Source: Gallionella sp. | GTDB taxonomy: Bacteria; Pseudomonadota; Gammaproteobacteria; Burkholderiales; Gallionellaceae | Direction: 5' to 3' | Assembly: GCA_030682375.1 (NCBI GenBank) | Contig: JAUXOL010000016.1 | Location: forward strand, 18,577 to 82,576 | DNA: 64,000 nt | In this document: piece after piece, positions 10,700 through 20,216 of the stretch | Layout: every line of letters begins with the position of its first letter | Numbering within the stretch: position 1 is the stretch's first letter | Translations under genes and position numbers: made by a program | The notes under the pieces: model-generated | Database searches by the model: none | Seen by the model: only the letters and a program-made list of their open reading frames with translations | Told to the model about the DNA's origin: nothing

Positions 10700-11641
10700 T
10701 TACCGTAACGACACCCCGCCCTGCGCCGAATAGCCCAGCGCGCTCGCCACGCCCGCACCGAAGCGTTTCGCCAGGCGCTCAGTGAAGTCTTCCTTCATCG
10801 TGAAATCGACGATTTCCTCGGCCTTGATCACATCGCGCGCGACCGATTCGATGCTGCCGTAGCCGTCGGCCAGGCCCATCTCTACGCCGCGCTGGCCGTT
10901 CCACACCAGACCGCTGAAGGTGTCCGGCGTTTCTTTCAGGCGCTTGCCGCGCCCCTGGCGCACCACATCGATGAACTGCTGGTGAATCTCGCCCAGCATC
11001 TGCTGGGCATAGACCTGCTGCTCGGGATTCGCCGGCGAGAACGGATCGAGGAAGCCCTTGTTGGCACCCGCGGTCAACAGGCGGCGTTCGACGCCCAGCT
11101 TTTCCATCGCGCCAGTGAAGCCGAAGCCGTCCATCAACACCCCGATGGAGCCGATCAGGCTGGCCTTGTCGACGTATATCTTGTCGGCCGCCGCCGCGAC
11201 GTAATAGCCGCCGGAGGCGCAGATGTCCTCGACCACGACGTATAGCGGGATATCAGGATGCTTCGCGCGCAGGCGGCGGATCTCGTCGTTGATCTGTCCC
11301 GCCTGCACCGGGCTGCCACCGGGGCTGTTGATGCGCAGGATAACGCCTTGCGTGCGCTTGTCCTCGAACGCTTCCTGCATCGCGGGAATGATGAAATCGG
11401 CGCTCGCCGCAGAGTCCGGCGCGATCACGCCTTGCATGTCGATCAGCGCGGTGTGCTTGTCGCTGAGCACCGCTTCCTTGTTGTCGAACCAGCCCATGAT
11501 CAGAAATAACACCAGAAACAGATAGCCGAAGGTCAGCACCTTGAAGAAGATGCCCCAGTGCCGCGCGCGGCGCTGTTCCTGTATCGCCGACATCGCAAGC
11601 TTTTCGAGTACGCCGCGTTCCCAGTTGTTGTCTTCAGCCAT
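10700..11641 (-). CDS. S49 family signal peptide peptidase (SppA-like)
   Basis: RINSPGGS, CASGGYYVAAAAD, SLIGSIGV. Confidence 0.93.
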   Translation of the reverse strand: MAEDNNWERGVLEKLAMSAIQEQRRARHWGIFFKVLTFGYLFLVLFLIMGWFDNKEAVLSDKHTALIDMQGVIAPDSAASADFIIPAMQEAFEDKRTQGVILRINSPGGSPVQAGQINDEIRRLRAKHPDIPLYVVVEDICASGGYYVAAAADKIYVDKASLIGSIGVLMDGFGFTGAMEKLGVERRLLTAGANKGFLDPFSPANPEQQVYAQQMLGEIHQQFIDVVRQGRGKRLKETPDTFSGLVWNGQRGVEMGLADGYGSIESVARDVIKAEEIVDFTMKEDFTERLAKRFGAGVASALGYSAQGGVSLR

Positions 11642-11662
11642 GATGGTTCCTTTGAAAATTTT

Positions 11663-12319
11663 TTAAGCGTTGACCTTCAGCCATGCACGCAATTCGTCGA
11701 AATCGCCTACCAGCGCGAGCGGCTGCAGTTCCAGCAATTGTTCCGGCGGATGCGCGCCGTAGGCCACAGCGACCACATCCACGCCCGCATTCTGCGCCAG
11801 CTGCACGTCGTGCGTGGTGTCGCCTATCATCAGCGTGCGGTCAGGAGTGACCGCCAATTCGTCCATCAGTTCCATCAGCATTGCCGGATGCGGCTTTGAG
11901 AAGGTCTGGTCGGCGGTGCGCGTCGCGTGGAAATAATCCTTCATGCCGCTGGATTCCATCACCCGCTCCAGACCGGCGCGACTCTTGCCGGTGGCGACCG
12001 CCAGCCAGTAACCGGCATCGCGCAGCTCGGCGATAGTCTCGCGCGCGCCGTCGAACAGCGGGATCGCCAGATCCTGCGACAGAAAATGATAACGGTAGCG
12101 CTCGACCAGCGGCTCGTACATCGCTTCCGGCGCGTCCGGCACCGCATGGCGCAAGGCCTGCACCAACCCGAGCCCGATCACATGGCGCGCCGCCTCGTCG
12201 CTGGGCACATTCAAGCCAAGGTCGCGGCACGCGGCCTGGATCGAACCGGCGATCACCGCCGTCGAATCCATCACCGTGCCGTCCCAGTCGAACACTATCA
12301 GATCGTAACGCTTGGTCAT
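11663..12319 (-). CDS. HAD-IA hydrolase (phosphoglycolate phosphatase-like)
   Basis: FDWDGTVMDS, ATGKS, KPHP, IGDTTHD. Confidence 0.92.
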   Translation of the reverse strand: MTKRYDLIVFDWDGTVMDSTAVIAGSIQAACRDLGLNVPSDEAARHVIGLGLVQALRHAVPDAPEAMYEPLVERYRYHFLSQDLAIPLFDGARETIAELRDAGYWLAVATGKSRAGLERVMESSGMKDYFHATRTADQTFSKPHPAMLMELMDELAVTPDRTLMIGDTTHDVQLAQNAGVDVVAVAYGAHPPEQLLELQPLALVGDFDELRAWLKVNA

Positions 12320-12456
12320 GACAAACTGCCGAAAAAAGAGGCGCGGATATTACCACGCCGACCGCCTCCATCCGAATACTCCAGCCGAGCCGAATAGCGC
12401 ACGCGGAGAAACGCCCCGGCTCGTATAATGCGCCCCTCTGCCTCCTTGCCCGCGCC

Positions 12457-13068
12457 ATGAACCTGATCTACCTCCTCGACCTGTGTGCCGTCGCCGTCTG
12501 CGCGATCACCGCCACGCTCGAAGCTCGCCGACGCGAGCTGGATCTGTTCGGCGTGGTCGTGATTGCGGTGATCTCCGGCATCGGAGGCGGCACAGTGCGC
12601 GACCTGCTGCTGGGACGCCTGCCGGTTTACTGGGTGCACGACCCGATCTATGTCGTGGTCGGCATGGTCGCGGGTACGCTCACCTTCTTCCTCGTCCGCC
12701 GCCTGCGCCTGCCTAAGGACTTCTTCCTCGTCCCCGATGCGATCGGTCTGGCGCTGTTCACCGTGATCGGCACCAGCATCGCGCTGCAGCTCGATGTCCC
12801 CTGGCTGATCGCCGCACTGATGGGCGTGATCACCGGCGTGTTCGGCGGCGTGATCCGCGACATCCTGTGCAACGAAGTCCCGCTGATCTTCCGCACCGAC
12901 ATCTACGCCACCGCTTCGTTCGTCGGCGCGCTGCTGCTGATCGCGCTCGACCGTGCAGGCCTGCCACACAGCCAGGCTATCCTGTTCGCAATGGTCTGTA
13001 TCGTGACGATACGCTTGGCCGCGATACGCTGGCACATCCACCTTCCGCGCCTGCGCTCGGACGTTTAA
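12457..13068 (+). CDS. Trimeric intracellular cation channel family membrane protein (UPF0126/YadS-like)
   Basis: Duplicated GGGTVRD / GGVIRDIL motifs, about 7 TMs; TATAAT at 12424. Confidence 0.88.
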   Translation: MNLIYLLDLCAVAVCAITATLEARRRELDLFGVVVIAVISGIGGGTVRDLLLGRLPVYWVHDPIYVVVGMVAGTLTFFLVRRLRLPKDFFLVPDAIGLALFTVIGTSIALQLDVPWLIAALMGVITGVFGGVIRDILCNEVPLIFRTDIYATASFVGALLLIALDRAGLPHSQAILFAMVCIVTIRLAAIRWHIHLPRLRSDV

Positions 13069-13085
13069 CTTACACAGAGGCCCAT

Positions 13086-14162
13086 ATGCACAAACCCGAG
13101 ACCACCCACTGGCTGCTCTACTGCCGCCCCGGCTTCGAACAGGACTGCGCGCAGGAAGCGCTGCGTCAGGCTCGATTTCAAAAGCCTGTGATCGCCGACC
13201 AGCCGCCTGTCGTCAACGACAGCGGCTATGTCGTCGTCGTACTCAACGAACATAAGCCGAACTACCGCGAACTGGTGTTCGCGCGCCAGCTGATCCGGCT
13301 GCAATACATCATCGAGGAACTCTCCGAGCGCGACCGTCTGACGCCGCTAGTCGAAGCCATCGGGGCACTGCCCGACACCTTCGGCACGCTGTGGCTGGAG
13401 ACGCCGGACACCAACGACGGCAAGACACTGTCCTCGTTCACCCGTCGCTTCCAGCCGCTGCTGGAGGAACCATTGCGCGCGCAGGGCAAGCTGCCGGCCG
13501 AAGGGCTGGAGGTAGACCGCAAGCTGCCGCGCCTGCATGTGTTTTTCCCCGACAAGTCCACCGCGCTGATCGGTACCAGCGAACCCTACAACAGCGCGCC
13601 TTGGCACATGGGCATATTGCGCCAATCCATGCCCGCGGAAGCCCCCAGCCGCTCGACGCTGAAACTGGCCGAGGCCATCGAGATGTTCATGGACAAGAGC
13701 GAACAGACGCGCTTGATGCGGCAAGGCATGACCGCGGTCGATCTGGGCGCGGCCCCCGGCGGCTGGACCTGGCAACTGGTCAAACGCGGCATCCGCGTCA
13801 CTGCGGTGGACAACGGCCCGATGAAGGGCGTGCTGGCCAAGCACCCGTTGGTCGAACACCTGCGCGTAGACGGCTTCAAGTACGCGCCGCGCAAGGCGGT
13901 GGACTGGCTGGTGTGCGACATGGTGGAGAAGCCCGCCAAGGTCGGCGCGCTGATCGGCAACTGGTTCGTCGCCGGTTACGCGAAACACGCGATCTTCAAC
14001 CTCAAGCTGCCGATGAAACAGCGTCTCACTGCGGTGGACGGCGCGCTGAACGACATCCGCAAACAACTGGACGATGAAGGCATCAACTACCGCATGCAGG
14101 CCAAGCAGCTCTACCACGACCGCGAGGAAGTGACGGTGTTCCTGGTGCGGACGAAGGGATAA
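13086..14162 (+). CDS. rlmM: 23S rRNA C2498 2'-O-methyltransferase
   Basis: YCRPGFE, PSRSTLKL, DLGAAPGGWT, CDMVEKP. Confidence 0.93.
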   Translation: MHKPETTHWLLYCRPGFEQDCAQEALRQARFQKPVIADQPPVVNDSGYVVVVLNEHKPNYRELVFARQLIRLQYIIEELSERDRLTPLVEAIGALPDTFGTLWLETPDTNDGKTLSSFTRRFQPLLEEPLRAQGKLPAEGLEVDRKLPRLHVFFPDKSTALIGTSEPYNSAPWHMGILRQSMPAEAPSRSTLKLAEAIEMFMDKSEQTRLMRQGMTAVDLGAAPGGWTWQLVKRGIRVTAVDNGPMKGVLAKHPLVEHLRVDGFKYAPRKAVDWLVCDMVEKPAKVGALIGNWFVAGYAKHAIFNLKLPMKQRLTAVDGALNDIRKQLDDEGINYRMQAKQLYHDREEVTVFLVRTKG

Positions 14163-14227
14163 GCCACCCCATCTCCGACTCCAGATCCGGGGCCTATGGC
14201 GGGAGACTGCCGTTGAAATCGGAAATC

Positions 14228-14261
14228 AAAAACCGCCGGACTATCCCTAGTGACGGCGGTT
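14228..14261 (-). terminator. Intrinsic terminator of the chemoreceptor gene
   Basis: AACCGCCG...CGGCGGTT stem followed by TTTTT on the minus strand. Confidence 0.65.
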
Positions 14262-14287
14262 CTGACTAACAATCTCCTTAAGGAAGA

Positions 14288-16402
14288 CTATGCGATCTTG
14301 AATCGCCCGGCCAGTTCATCGAGCTGCTTGCTGAGATGAGCCATTTGCTTGGCCGATGCAGCGGTTTGCGAAGAAGCCATACTGTTTTCCTCCGTACCCT
14401 GAGCGATGCTCTCGATTCGACGCGCTATGTCACGAGCCGCCAGAGACTGCTCCTGAATAGCGATCGTAATATCATCGACCGCTCTTGCCGCCTGTTGTGC
14501 CGCATCCCGAATAGCACCGACAGAATCGCCTGCTTGCCTGGCAAGACCGACGCCTTCATTTACGCGCACTACACCGACCTCCATTTCCTTGACTGCCTGT
14601 TTGGTACCTTCCTGTATCTTCCCGATCATGCCGGTAATCTCGGTGGTCGAGCTTGCAGTACGCTCTGCCAGCTTACGAACCTCATCGGCGACTACAGCGA
14701 ATCCGCGCCCTTGTTCACCTGCGCGAGCGGCTTCGATAGCGGCATTCAATGCAAGCAGATTCGTTTGGTCGGCAATTTCACGTATCGAGCTGGCTATGCC
14801 GGATATCTGTGCAGAATAGTTCTCCAATCCGCGAATGGTCTCAGCGACATGATTCACAGCCGTAGCTATGTTTTCCATCTCTGTCGCTGCTCCGTGAATG
14901 ACACGACCGCCTTCGCTTGCCTGTTCGCTGGATCGCTGGCTGACCTGATGTGCATCGCCCGCATGTTCGCTCACTTGGTCGATAGAGACCGAAAGCTGTT
15001 CCATGGCCGCAGCCATACCTGACGCATCTTCAGACTGGCGCTCCGTCACTCTCGAACTATTTTGAGCAGAAACCGAAACGCTGGCGGAAGTCTTGTTCAA
15101 GGCAGAAATACCCTCACGAACACTGGCGATCAACTCATGGAGGTTGTTGCGCATCACTGAAAGCGCGGCAACCAAAGCTCCCATTTCATCTTTGGAAGCC
15201 GCAGGCAACTGACGCGTCAGATCGCCAGCTGCAATCGAGTTAGCCGCATCCTGAGCCTCTTGCAGTCCGGACTTTATCTTGCGGATGATCAGATAAGACT
15301 GCGTCAGCAAACCGATCGAACCTACTGCAATTAAAACTGCAAATAGCAACAAGCCAAGTTCTGATGTCCGGCGAGAATTTTCGTACTCAAATTTGGCGAT
15401 CTCGGTTTGATAGGCGATCAGCTTGTCCAAAGCATCATGCAAGGCTTGTTGCTCCTCCCTCCCCGCTTTGAGATAGGTCGCCAATATCGCCGGGCTAAAG
15501 TTTTTCGCCGCAAGAGCAGCAACGGCCTCGTCTTGCTTGGCACGCCATGCAGCTCGTTTTTGCACCACATCTGCCGCCAACATCTTCTCGTCTTCAGTCA
15601 GGAATGTCGCCATGTACTTATTCCATAGCGCATCCTCGGCAGTCCGTCGTTCGCTGATGGCGTTCAGATGCTTGTCGAGCGGATGGTCATGAATTCCCGC
15701 AACAGGCCCAGCGGGGTCATGTTGAAAACCCAGCAATATATCGGTGTAGGCTTTATGAGTATCGGCTTCGATTTGTCCCAAGTCATACATGGGTACCGCA
15801 CGGTCTTCATATACTGTTCTAAGTGCCGCGGATGACGAGGAAAGGCCATACCAACCGACTGCAATAGAAATCAGGAATCCCGCCAATCCGCTGCTTGCAA
15901 GCAGCCATAAGCGCGAGATGATACGCATGTCGTTAAACTTTCGAACCAGCTTCGCAAATATGTTGCTGCTGATCACCTGCCCCTCATCCAGCCTGATACT
16001 GGCATCTCCTCGCATACGGGCATACAAATCCTCGGCCGCACTGATCTCCTGACGAGTTGCAGCGACCCGAACCGAAACATATCCAGTCTGATCGGCCAAT
16101 GGCGATGCATATGCCCGGACCCAATAATGATCTCCATCCTTGCGACGATTTTTTACGATACCGCTCCACGGGCGTCCTTTTTTCAAGGTATCCCAAAGAT
16201 CCCGATATGCCTCAGGCGGCATATCCGGGTGACGCACCAGGTTGTGCGGCTGCCCAATCAACTCTTCTCGGGTAAATCCGGAAAGCTCGACGAAGGCATC
16301 ATTGGCACGAGTAATCTGTCCTTTCAGATTGGTGTAAGAGATTACCGTCTCCCCTTGAGGAAACGGATGTTCACGTCCGGTGTTCGGTTGATTGTTGCGC
16401 AT
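14288..16402 (-). CDS. Methyl-accepting chemotaxis protein: Aer-type PAS, TM, 4HB sensor, TM, HAMP, MA domain
   Basis: [13 protein letters not shown] motif; two hydrophobic segments; [34 protein letters not shown]; about 53% GC in the line counted. Confidence 0.95.
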   Translation of the reverse strand: MRNNQPNTGREHPFPQGETVISYTNLKGQITRANDAFVELSGFTREELIGQPHNLVRHPDMPPEAYRDLWDTLKKGRPWSGIVKNRRKDGDHYWVRAYASPLADQTGYVSVRVAATRQEISAAEDLYARMRGDASIRLDEGQVISSNIFAKLVRKFNDMRIISRLWLLASSGLAGFLISIAVGWYGLSSSSAALRTVYEDRAVPMYDLGQIEADTHKAYTDILLGFQHDPAGPVAGIHDHPLDKHLNAISERRTAEDALWNKYMATFLTEDEKMLAADVVQKRAAWRAKQDEAVAALAAKNFSPAILATYLKAGREEQQALHDALDKLIAYQTEIAKFEYENSRRTSELGLLLFAVLIAVGSIGLLTQSYLIIRKIKSGLQEAQDAANSIAAGDLTRQLPAASKDEMGALVAALSVMRNNLHELIASVREGISALNKTSASVSVSAQNSSRVTERQSEDASGMAAAMEQLSVSIDQVSEHAGDAHQVSQRSSEQASEGGRVIHGAATEMENIATAVNHVAETIRGLENYSAQISGIASSIREIADQTNLLALNAAIEAARAGEQGRGFAVVADEVRKLAERTASSTTEITGMIGKIQEGTKQAVKEMEVGVVRVNEGVGLARQAGDSVGAIRDAAQQAARAVDDITIAIQEQSLAARDIARRIESIAQGTEENSMASSQTAASAKQMAHLSKQLDELAGRFKIA

Positions 16403-16475
16403 CACACTCTCCTATGTTTCCATTTATTTTTGTTTGATTTTGCTATCTCTACCGTTTTGAATCCATAGCGAACCG

Positions 16476-16493
16476 CAATTACTTTCGTAATTG
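16476..16493. promoter_or_regulatory. Palindromic operator-like site upstream of the MCP
   Basis: CAATTAC-TTTC-GTAATTG, perfect 7-bp arms. Confidence 0.4.
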
Positions 16494-16673
16494 ATAATAT
16501 TCTAATGCTCAATCGGATATTTAGGGGGAAATCCGCAGGTTTGTGCGGATTAAGTGCAAGAGAAATCAAAAAGATACCTAAAAACGCTGCTGTACTGGAA
16601 TTGCCGGAGAGGCGGTCATAAATAGCACCTTGCAGACTATCGCATCACATGTACAGGATATGTGGAGGAAACG

Positions 16674-17339
16674 TTACCGGGATGCACCCGCACAAAACTC
16701 CGCCACCCTGACCAGCAGCCGCACCAGCGCCCGGTTGGCGGCGCGCACGCCGCCGTAGGCGTCTTCGCTCTCGCATTGCTCGGTCTCGTCGAATTCTGCG
16801 GTGGCGATCACGCGTTGCGTGGCGGTGTCGATGAGTTGTGCGCTCAGCGTGAAGCGCACTACGCTCGGCTTCACGGTGAAGTCCTGCTGCAGGCGGACGA
16901 GTTCGGTGTCCAGATGCAACTTCGCCGGTACGCCGGATGGCGACAGCACCACCGCATGGAACGCGCCGGAACGTTCCAGCGTCTGCTTGATCAGCGGTGC
17001 GAGCATGTGTGCCGGCGTGTCCGCCCAGCGATTGCGCGCATAGCTTTCGAGTCCGTGCGTCTGGCGCACCCAGATCATCTGCGCGGTATCGAAACCGGCG
17101 CGCGCGCGCGGCAGATCGACGGTGAGTACGACATCGCGCTTGGCCGATGCCTTGCCCGTCGCCTGCGATGTAGTCGCTTCCAGCACATAGATGTTGTCCG
17201 GCGGCGGTGCAGGAGGTAACGCCGTACAGCCGCCGACGACCAGCGCGAGGATCGCCGCGGTCGGTGCCAATGCGGCGATGCGCATAGGCCATGTCGTATC
17301 GTTGGATTTCATATGGTCGGCTCCGTTATCGGGATTCAT
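16674..17339 (-). CDS. ABC-type transport auxiliary lipoprotein (PqiC-like)
   Basis: Lipobox-like VVGGC, RWADTPAHML; ATGA-coupled to the MCE gene. Confidence 0.8.
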   Translation of the reverse strand: MNPDNGADHMKSNDTTWPMRIAALAPTAAILALVVGGCTALPPAPPPDNIYVLEATTSQATGKASAKRDVVLTVDLPRARAGFDTAQMIWVRQTHGLESYARNRWADTPAHMLAPLIKQTLERSGAFHAVVLSPSGVPAKLHLDTELVRLQQDFTVKPSVVRFTLSAQLIDTATQRVIATAEFDETEQCESEDAYGGVRAANRALVRLLVRVAEFCAGASR

Positions 17340-18172
17340 TCGCCCGGCCCCGGCTTCGCATTTCCCTTGCCCTGCACCAGCAGGCCGGGATTGCGCTCCA
17401 GCGCTTCGCTGAAGCGGCGCAGCGAGGCGGTGAGTTCGCGCAGTTCGGCGATGGCCTGGCGCGCTTCCGGCAGGGCTTCGGCGCGCACGCTGTCGGCGGC
17501 GTCCGCGGTACTCGCGCCAGCGCGGGCGGCCTCGTTGGCCATACGGTCGAAGGCATCGGCGCTACGCTGCAGGCGTTGCAGCAGTTGCGGCAATTCGGCG
17601 CCCGAAAGCGATCCGGACAGTCGTTCGAGATTGGCCAGCGTATGGCGCAACGCGACACGGTTATCCTGATCCAGCAAGGCGTTGATGTTCTCGCTGCTGC
17701 GGTTGAGGTTGGTCAGCAGCGCTGTGACCGCAGTATCCAGGCGCAACATCAGCGACGGGCCGGTGGCGATCACCGGATAGTCTTCGTCCGCTTTGGCCTT
17801 CAGCGGCGGCGAGTCGCGGCTGCCGCCGGAAAGATCGACATGGGCGATGCCGGTCAAGCCCTGCACCTGCAACACCGCCACGGTGTCCTGCTTCACCGGC
17901 GTGCCGCGTTCGATATCCAGCGTCAGCTGCACCAGCTCGACGTTGCCCGGCGCGAGCTCGATGCTGCGCACGCCGCCGACCTGCACGCCGCGATAGCGCA
18001 CCGGCGCATCCAGGCTCAGGCCGGACACCGATTCGCTCATGTAGACCCTATAGGTGTCGTAGGTCTTGCCGTAGGTCTTGCCTCCGGAAAGCCACAACAC
18101 ACCGCCGATCAGCAGCCCGCCGAGCACCAGCACGAAGAGTCCGACCACCGCGAGATTCACTTTCGATTCCAT
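17336..18172 (-). CDS. MCE/MlaD family protein
   Basis: N-terminal TM, SVSGLSLDAPVRYRGVQVG, GLTGIAHVDL. Confidence 0.9.
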   Translation of the reverse strand: MESKVNLAVVGLFVLVLGGLLIGGVLWLSGGKTYGKTYDTYRVYMSESVSGLSLDAPVRYRGVQVGGVRSIELAPGNVELVQLTLDIERGTPVKQDTVAVLQVQGLTGIAHVDLSGGSRDSPPLKAKADEDYPVIATGPSLMLRLDTAVTALLTNLNRSSENINALLDQDNRVALRHTLANLERLSGSLSGAELPQLLQRLQRSADAFDRMANEAARAGASTADAADSVRAEALPEARQAIAELRELTASLRRFSEALERNPGLLVQGKGNAKPGPGE

Positions 18173-18936
18173 GCCTGCTCCATCGCCCCTCGCCCCCTGG
18201 GGCCGTGAAAATATTCCCGTATCGTCGCGTCTTCGGAGAGCGAAAGTTCCTGCATCGTCCCCACACCCAGAATACGCCCTTCGCCCAGCACCGCAACCCG
18301 GTCGGCGACGCGCCACAACAGGTCGAGGTCATGCGTGACCATCATGATCGTCAGGCCGAGCGCATCGCGCAAGTTGCGCACGAGTTCGTCGATGCCGACC
18401 GCACTCAGCGGATCGAGGCCAGCCGTCGGTTCGTCCAGCAGCAACAGCTCCGGATCGAGCGCCAGCGCCCGTGCCAGCGCCGCGCGCTTCCTCATGCCGC
18501 CCGAGAGTTCGCTCGGACGCTTGCGTCCGGCGTCGGCCGGCAGGCCGGTAAGCGCGATCTTGAGCACAGCGATCTCATCGGCCAGCACCGGATCAAGGTC
18601 GGTGTGCTCGCGTATCACCATGGAGACGTTCTCCATCACCGTGAGCGAACTGAACAGCGCACCGCGCTCGAACATCACGCCCCAGCGGCGCCGGAACGGC
18701 AGCGCCTGCTCGTCGGAGAGCCCGACCACCTCGCCGCCAAATACCCGGATCGAGCCCGACACCGGCTGTTGCAGCATGATGATCTCGCGCAGCATGGTCG
18801 ACTTGCCGCAGCCGCTACCGCCGACCAGCGCGAATATCTCGCCGCGCAGCACCGCAAGGTTCACGTCGCGATGCACCACCGCATCGCCGAAACGCGTGTT
18901 CAGGCCAGTTATCTCGATGACGGTGTCGGCACTCAT
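18157..18936 (-). CDS. MlaF-like ABC ATPase
   Basis: GGSGCGKS, PSELSGGMRKRAALARALALDP, LDEPTAGLDP. Confidence 0.92.
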   Translation of the reverse strand: MSADTVIEITGLNTRFGDAVVHRDVNLAVLRGEIFALVGGSGCGKSTMLREIIMLQQPVSGSIRVFGGEVVGLSDEQALPFRRRWGVMFERGALFSSLTVMENVSMVIREHTDLDPVLADEIAVLKIALTGLPADAGRKRPSELSGGMRKRAALARALALDPELLLLDEPTAGLDPLSAVGIDELVRNLRDALGLTIMMVTHDLDLLWRVADRVAVLGEGRILGVGTMQELSLSEDATIREYFHGPRGRGAMEQAWNRK

Positions 18937-20087
18937 ATATCCAGCCAGCTGAACGCGATGGAGAACAGCGCATCGGCGAGGATCACCAGGAAGATCGCCT
19001 GCACCACGCTCTTCGTGGTCTGCCGCCCCACGCTCTCGGCGCTGCCGTTCACCTGGAATCCCTGATAGCAGCCGACCAGCGCGATGATCATCGCGAACAC
19101 CGGGGCCTTGCCGATGCCGATCAGGAACGAGGTCAGGCTGACCGCGTCGTCGAGCCGGTCGATGAAAGTGGAGTAACCCACGTCGAGCTGGGCGCGCGCC
19201 ATCACCATGCCGCCGAGTATGCCCATGATGTCGGTATAGACCGTCAGCAGCGGCAGCGCTATCACCAGCGCGATCACCTTGGGCAACACCAGCAGGTCAA
19301 TCGGAGCAATGCCTATGGTGCGCAGCGCATCGACCTCCTCGGTCACCTTCATCGTGCCTATCTGCGCCGCATAGGCCGAACCGGAACGGCCCGCGATGAT
19401 GATCGCGGTGATCAGCGGCGACAGCTCGCGCACCATCGACAGCCCGACCAGGTCGGCAATATAGATGTTTGCGCCGACACGGCTCAACTGCTCCGCGCCC
19501 TGATAAGCGATGACGATGCCAAGCAGGAAGGCGAGCAGGCCGGTGATCGGCAGCGCCGCGACGCCGGCGGTCTGCAAGTTGTACAGGATGGATTTCCAGC
19601 GGATGCGGCGCGGATGAAACAGTGCGCGCATCAACGCGATCGAGCTGGCGCCCAGAAAGGACAGCAATCCGAATGCGCCATGCAGGCTCTGCCATGTCTT
19701 GCCGCCGATATGGGCCAGCATGCCGGGCTCCGGCAACGGCGCGGTGACCGCGGGTGAAGTGCGTGCGGAGATCAATCGCAGCAACGCCTCGAACTCAGGA
19801 CGCAGGCCGGTGAAACGCACGGTGTATCCGCCCTGCTCCAGATCGCATTTTGTGCGATGCAACAGCCATGCGCCCGAGGTGTCCAGCGCGGTAACGGCCT
19901 GTGCATCGATCAGCATTTCTCCGCCGGTTGGCAGCGGCATCACGCTCAAGCAGGTATCGATGCGCACATCGATCCGCGCCGCCGACCGCAACAACCACTC
20001 GCCGGTGCAGCGCAGTTCGCGCGGATTTGCACCGGGCCGGATATCCGGCAATGCATTGGAGCGAGAGGTGATCGGCGCGTTTAACAT
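18933..20087 (-). CDS. MlaE-family permease with N-terminal STAS-like domain
   Basis: LDTSGAWLL STAS-like segment; RELSPLITAIIIAGRSGSAYAAQIGTMKVTEEVDALR. Confidence 0.92.
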   Translation of the reverse strand: MLNAPITSRSNALPDIRPGANPRELRCTGEWLLRSAARIDVRIDTCLSVMPLPTGGEMLIDAQAVTALDTSGAWLLHRTKCDLEQGGYTVRFTGLRPEFEALLRLISARTSPAVTAPLPEPGMLAHIGGKTWQSLHGAFGLLSFLGASSIALMRALFHPRRIRWKSILYNLQTAGVAALPITGLLAFLLGIVIAYQGAEQLSRVGANIYIADLVGLSMVRELSPLITAIIIAGRSGSAYAAQIGTMKVTEEVDALRTIGIAPIDLLVLPKVIALVIALPLLTVYTDIMGILGGMVMARAQLDVGYSTFIDRLDDAVSLTSFLIGIGKAPVFAMIIALVGCYQGFQVNGSAESVGRQTTKSVVQAIFLVILADALFSIAFSWLDI

Positions 20088-20216
20088 CCTGATGGTTCTA
20101 TCGGATTGGGATGCAGCACGGCGTGCTGGATATTGTCGATGCTGTCGCACGCCATGTGTCGCGACGAATCCTATGTCGCCGGGTATAGCGTGTCAAATGA
20201 ATGCTGGCAACTCGCG

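Noticed and set aside
16405-16670. sigma28 promoter for the chemoreceptor
   Set aside because: No TAAA-N15-GCCGATAA-like match with correct spacing on the minus strand.
16674-20087. STAS-fused MlaE / MCE / PqiC-like operon as a novel transporter
   Set aside because: This four-gene layout is common in Proteobacteria; substrate unknown but nothing distinctive here.
20199-20213. Exact 15-mer GAATGCTGGCAACTC repeated at 57153-57167, both near accessory genes
   Set aside because: A few exact 15-mer matches are expected by chance in 64 kb, and the match does not extend on either side.
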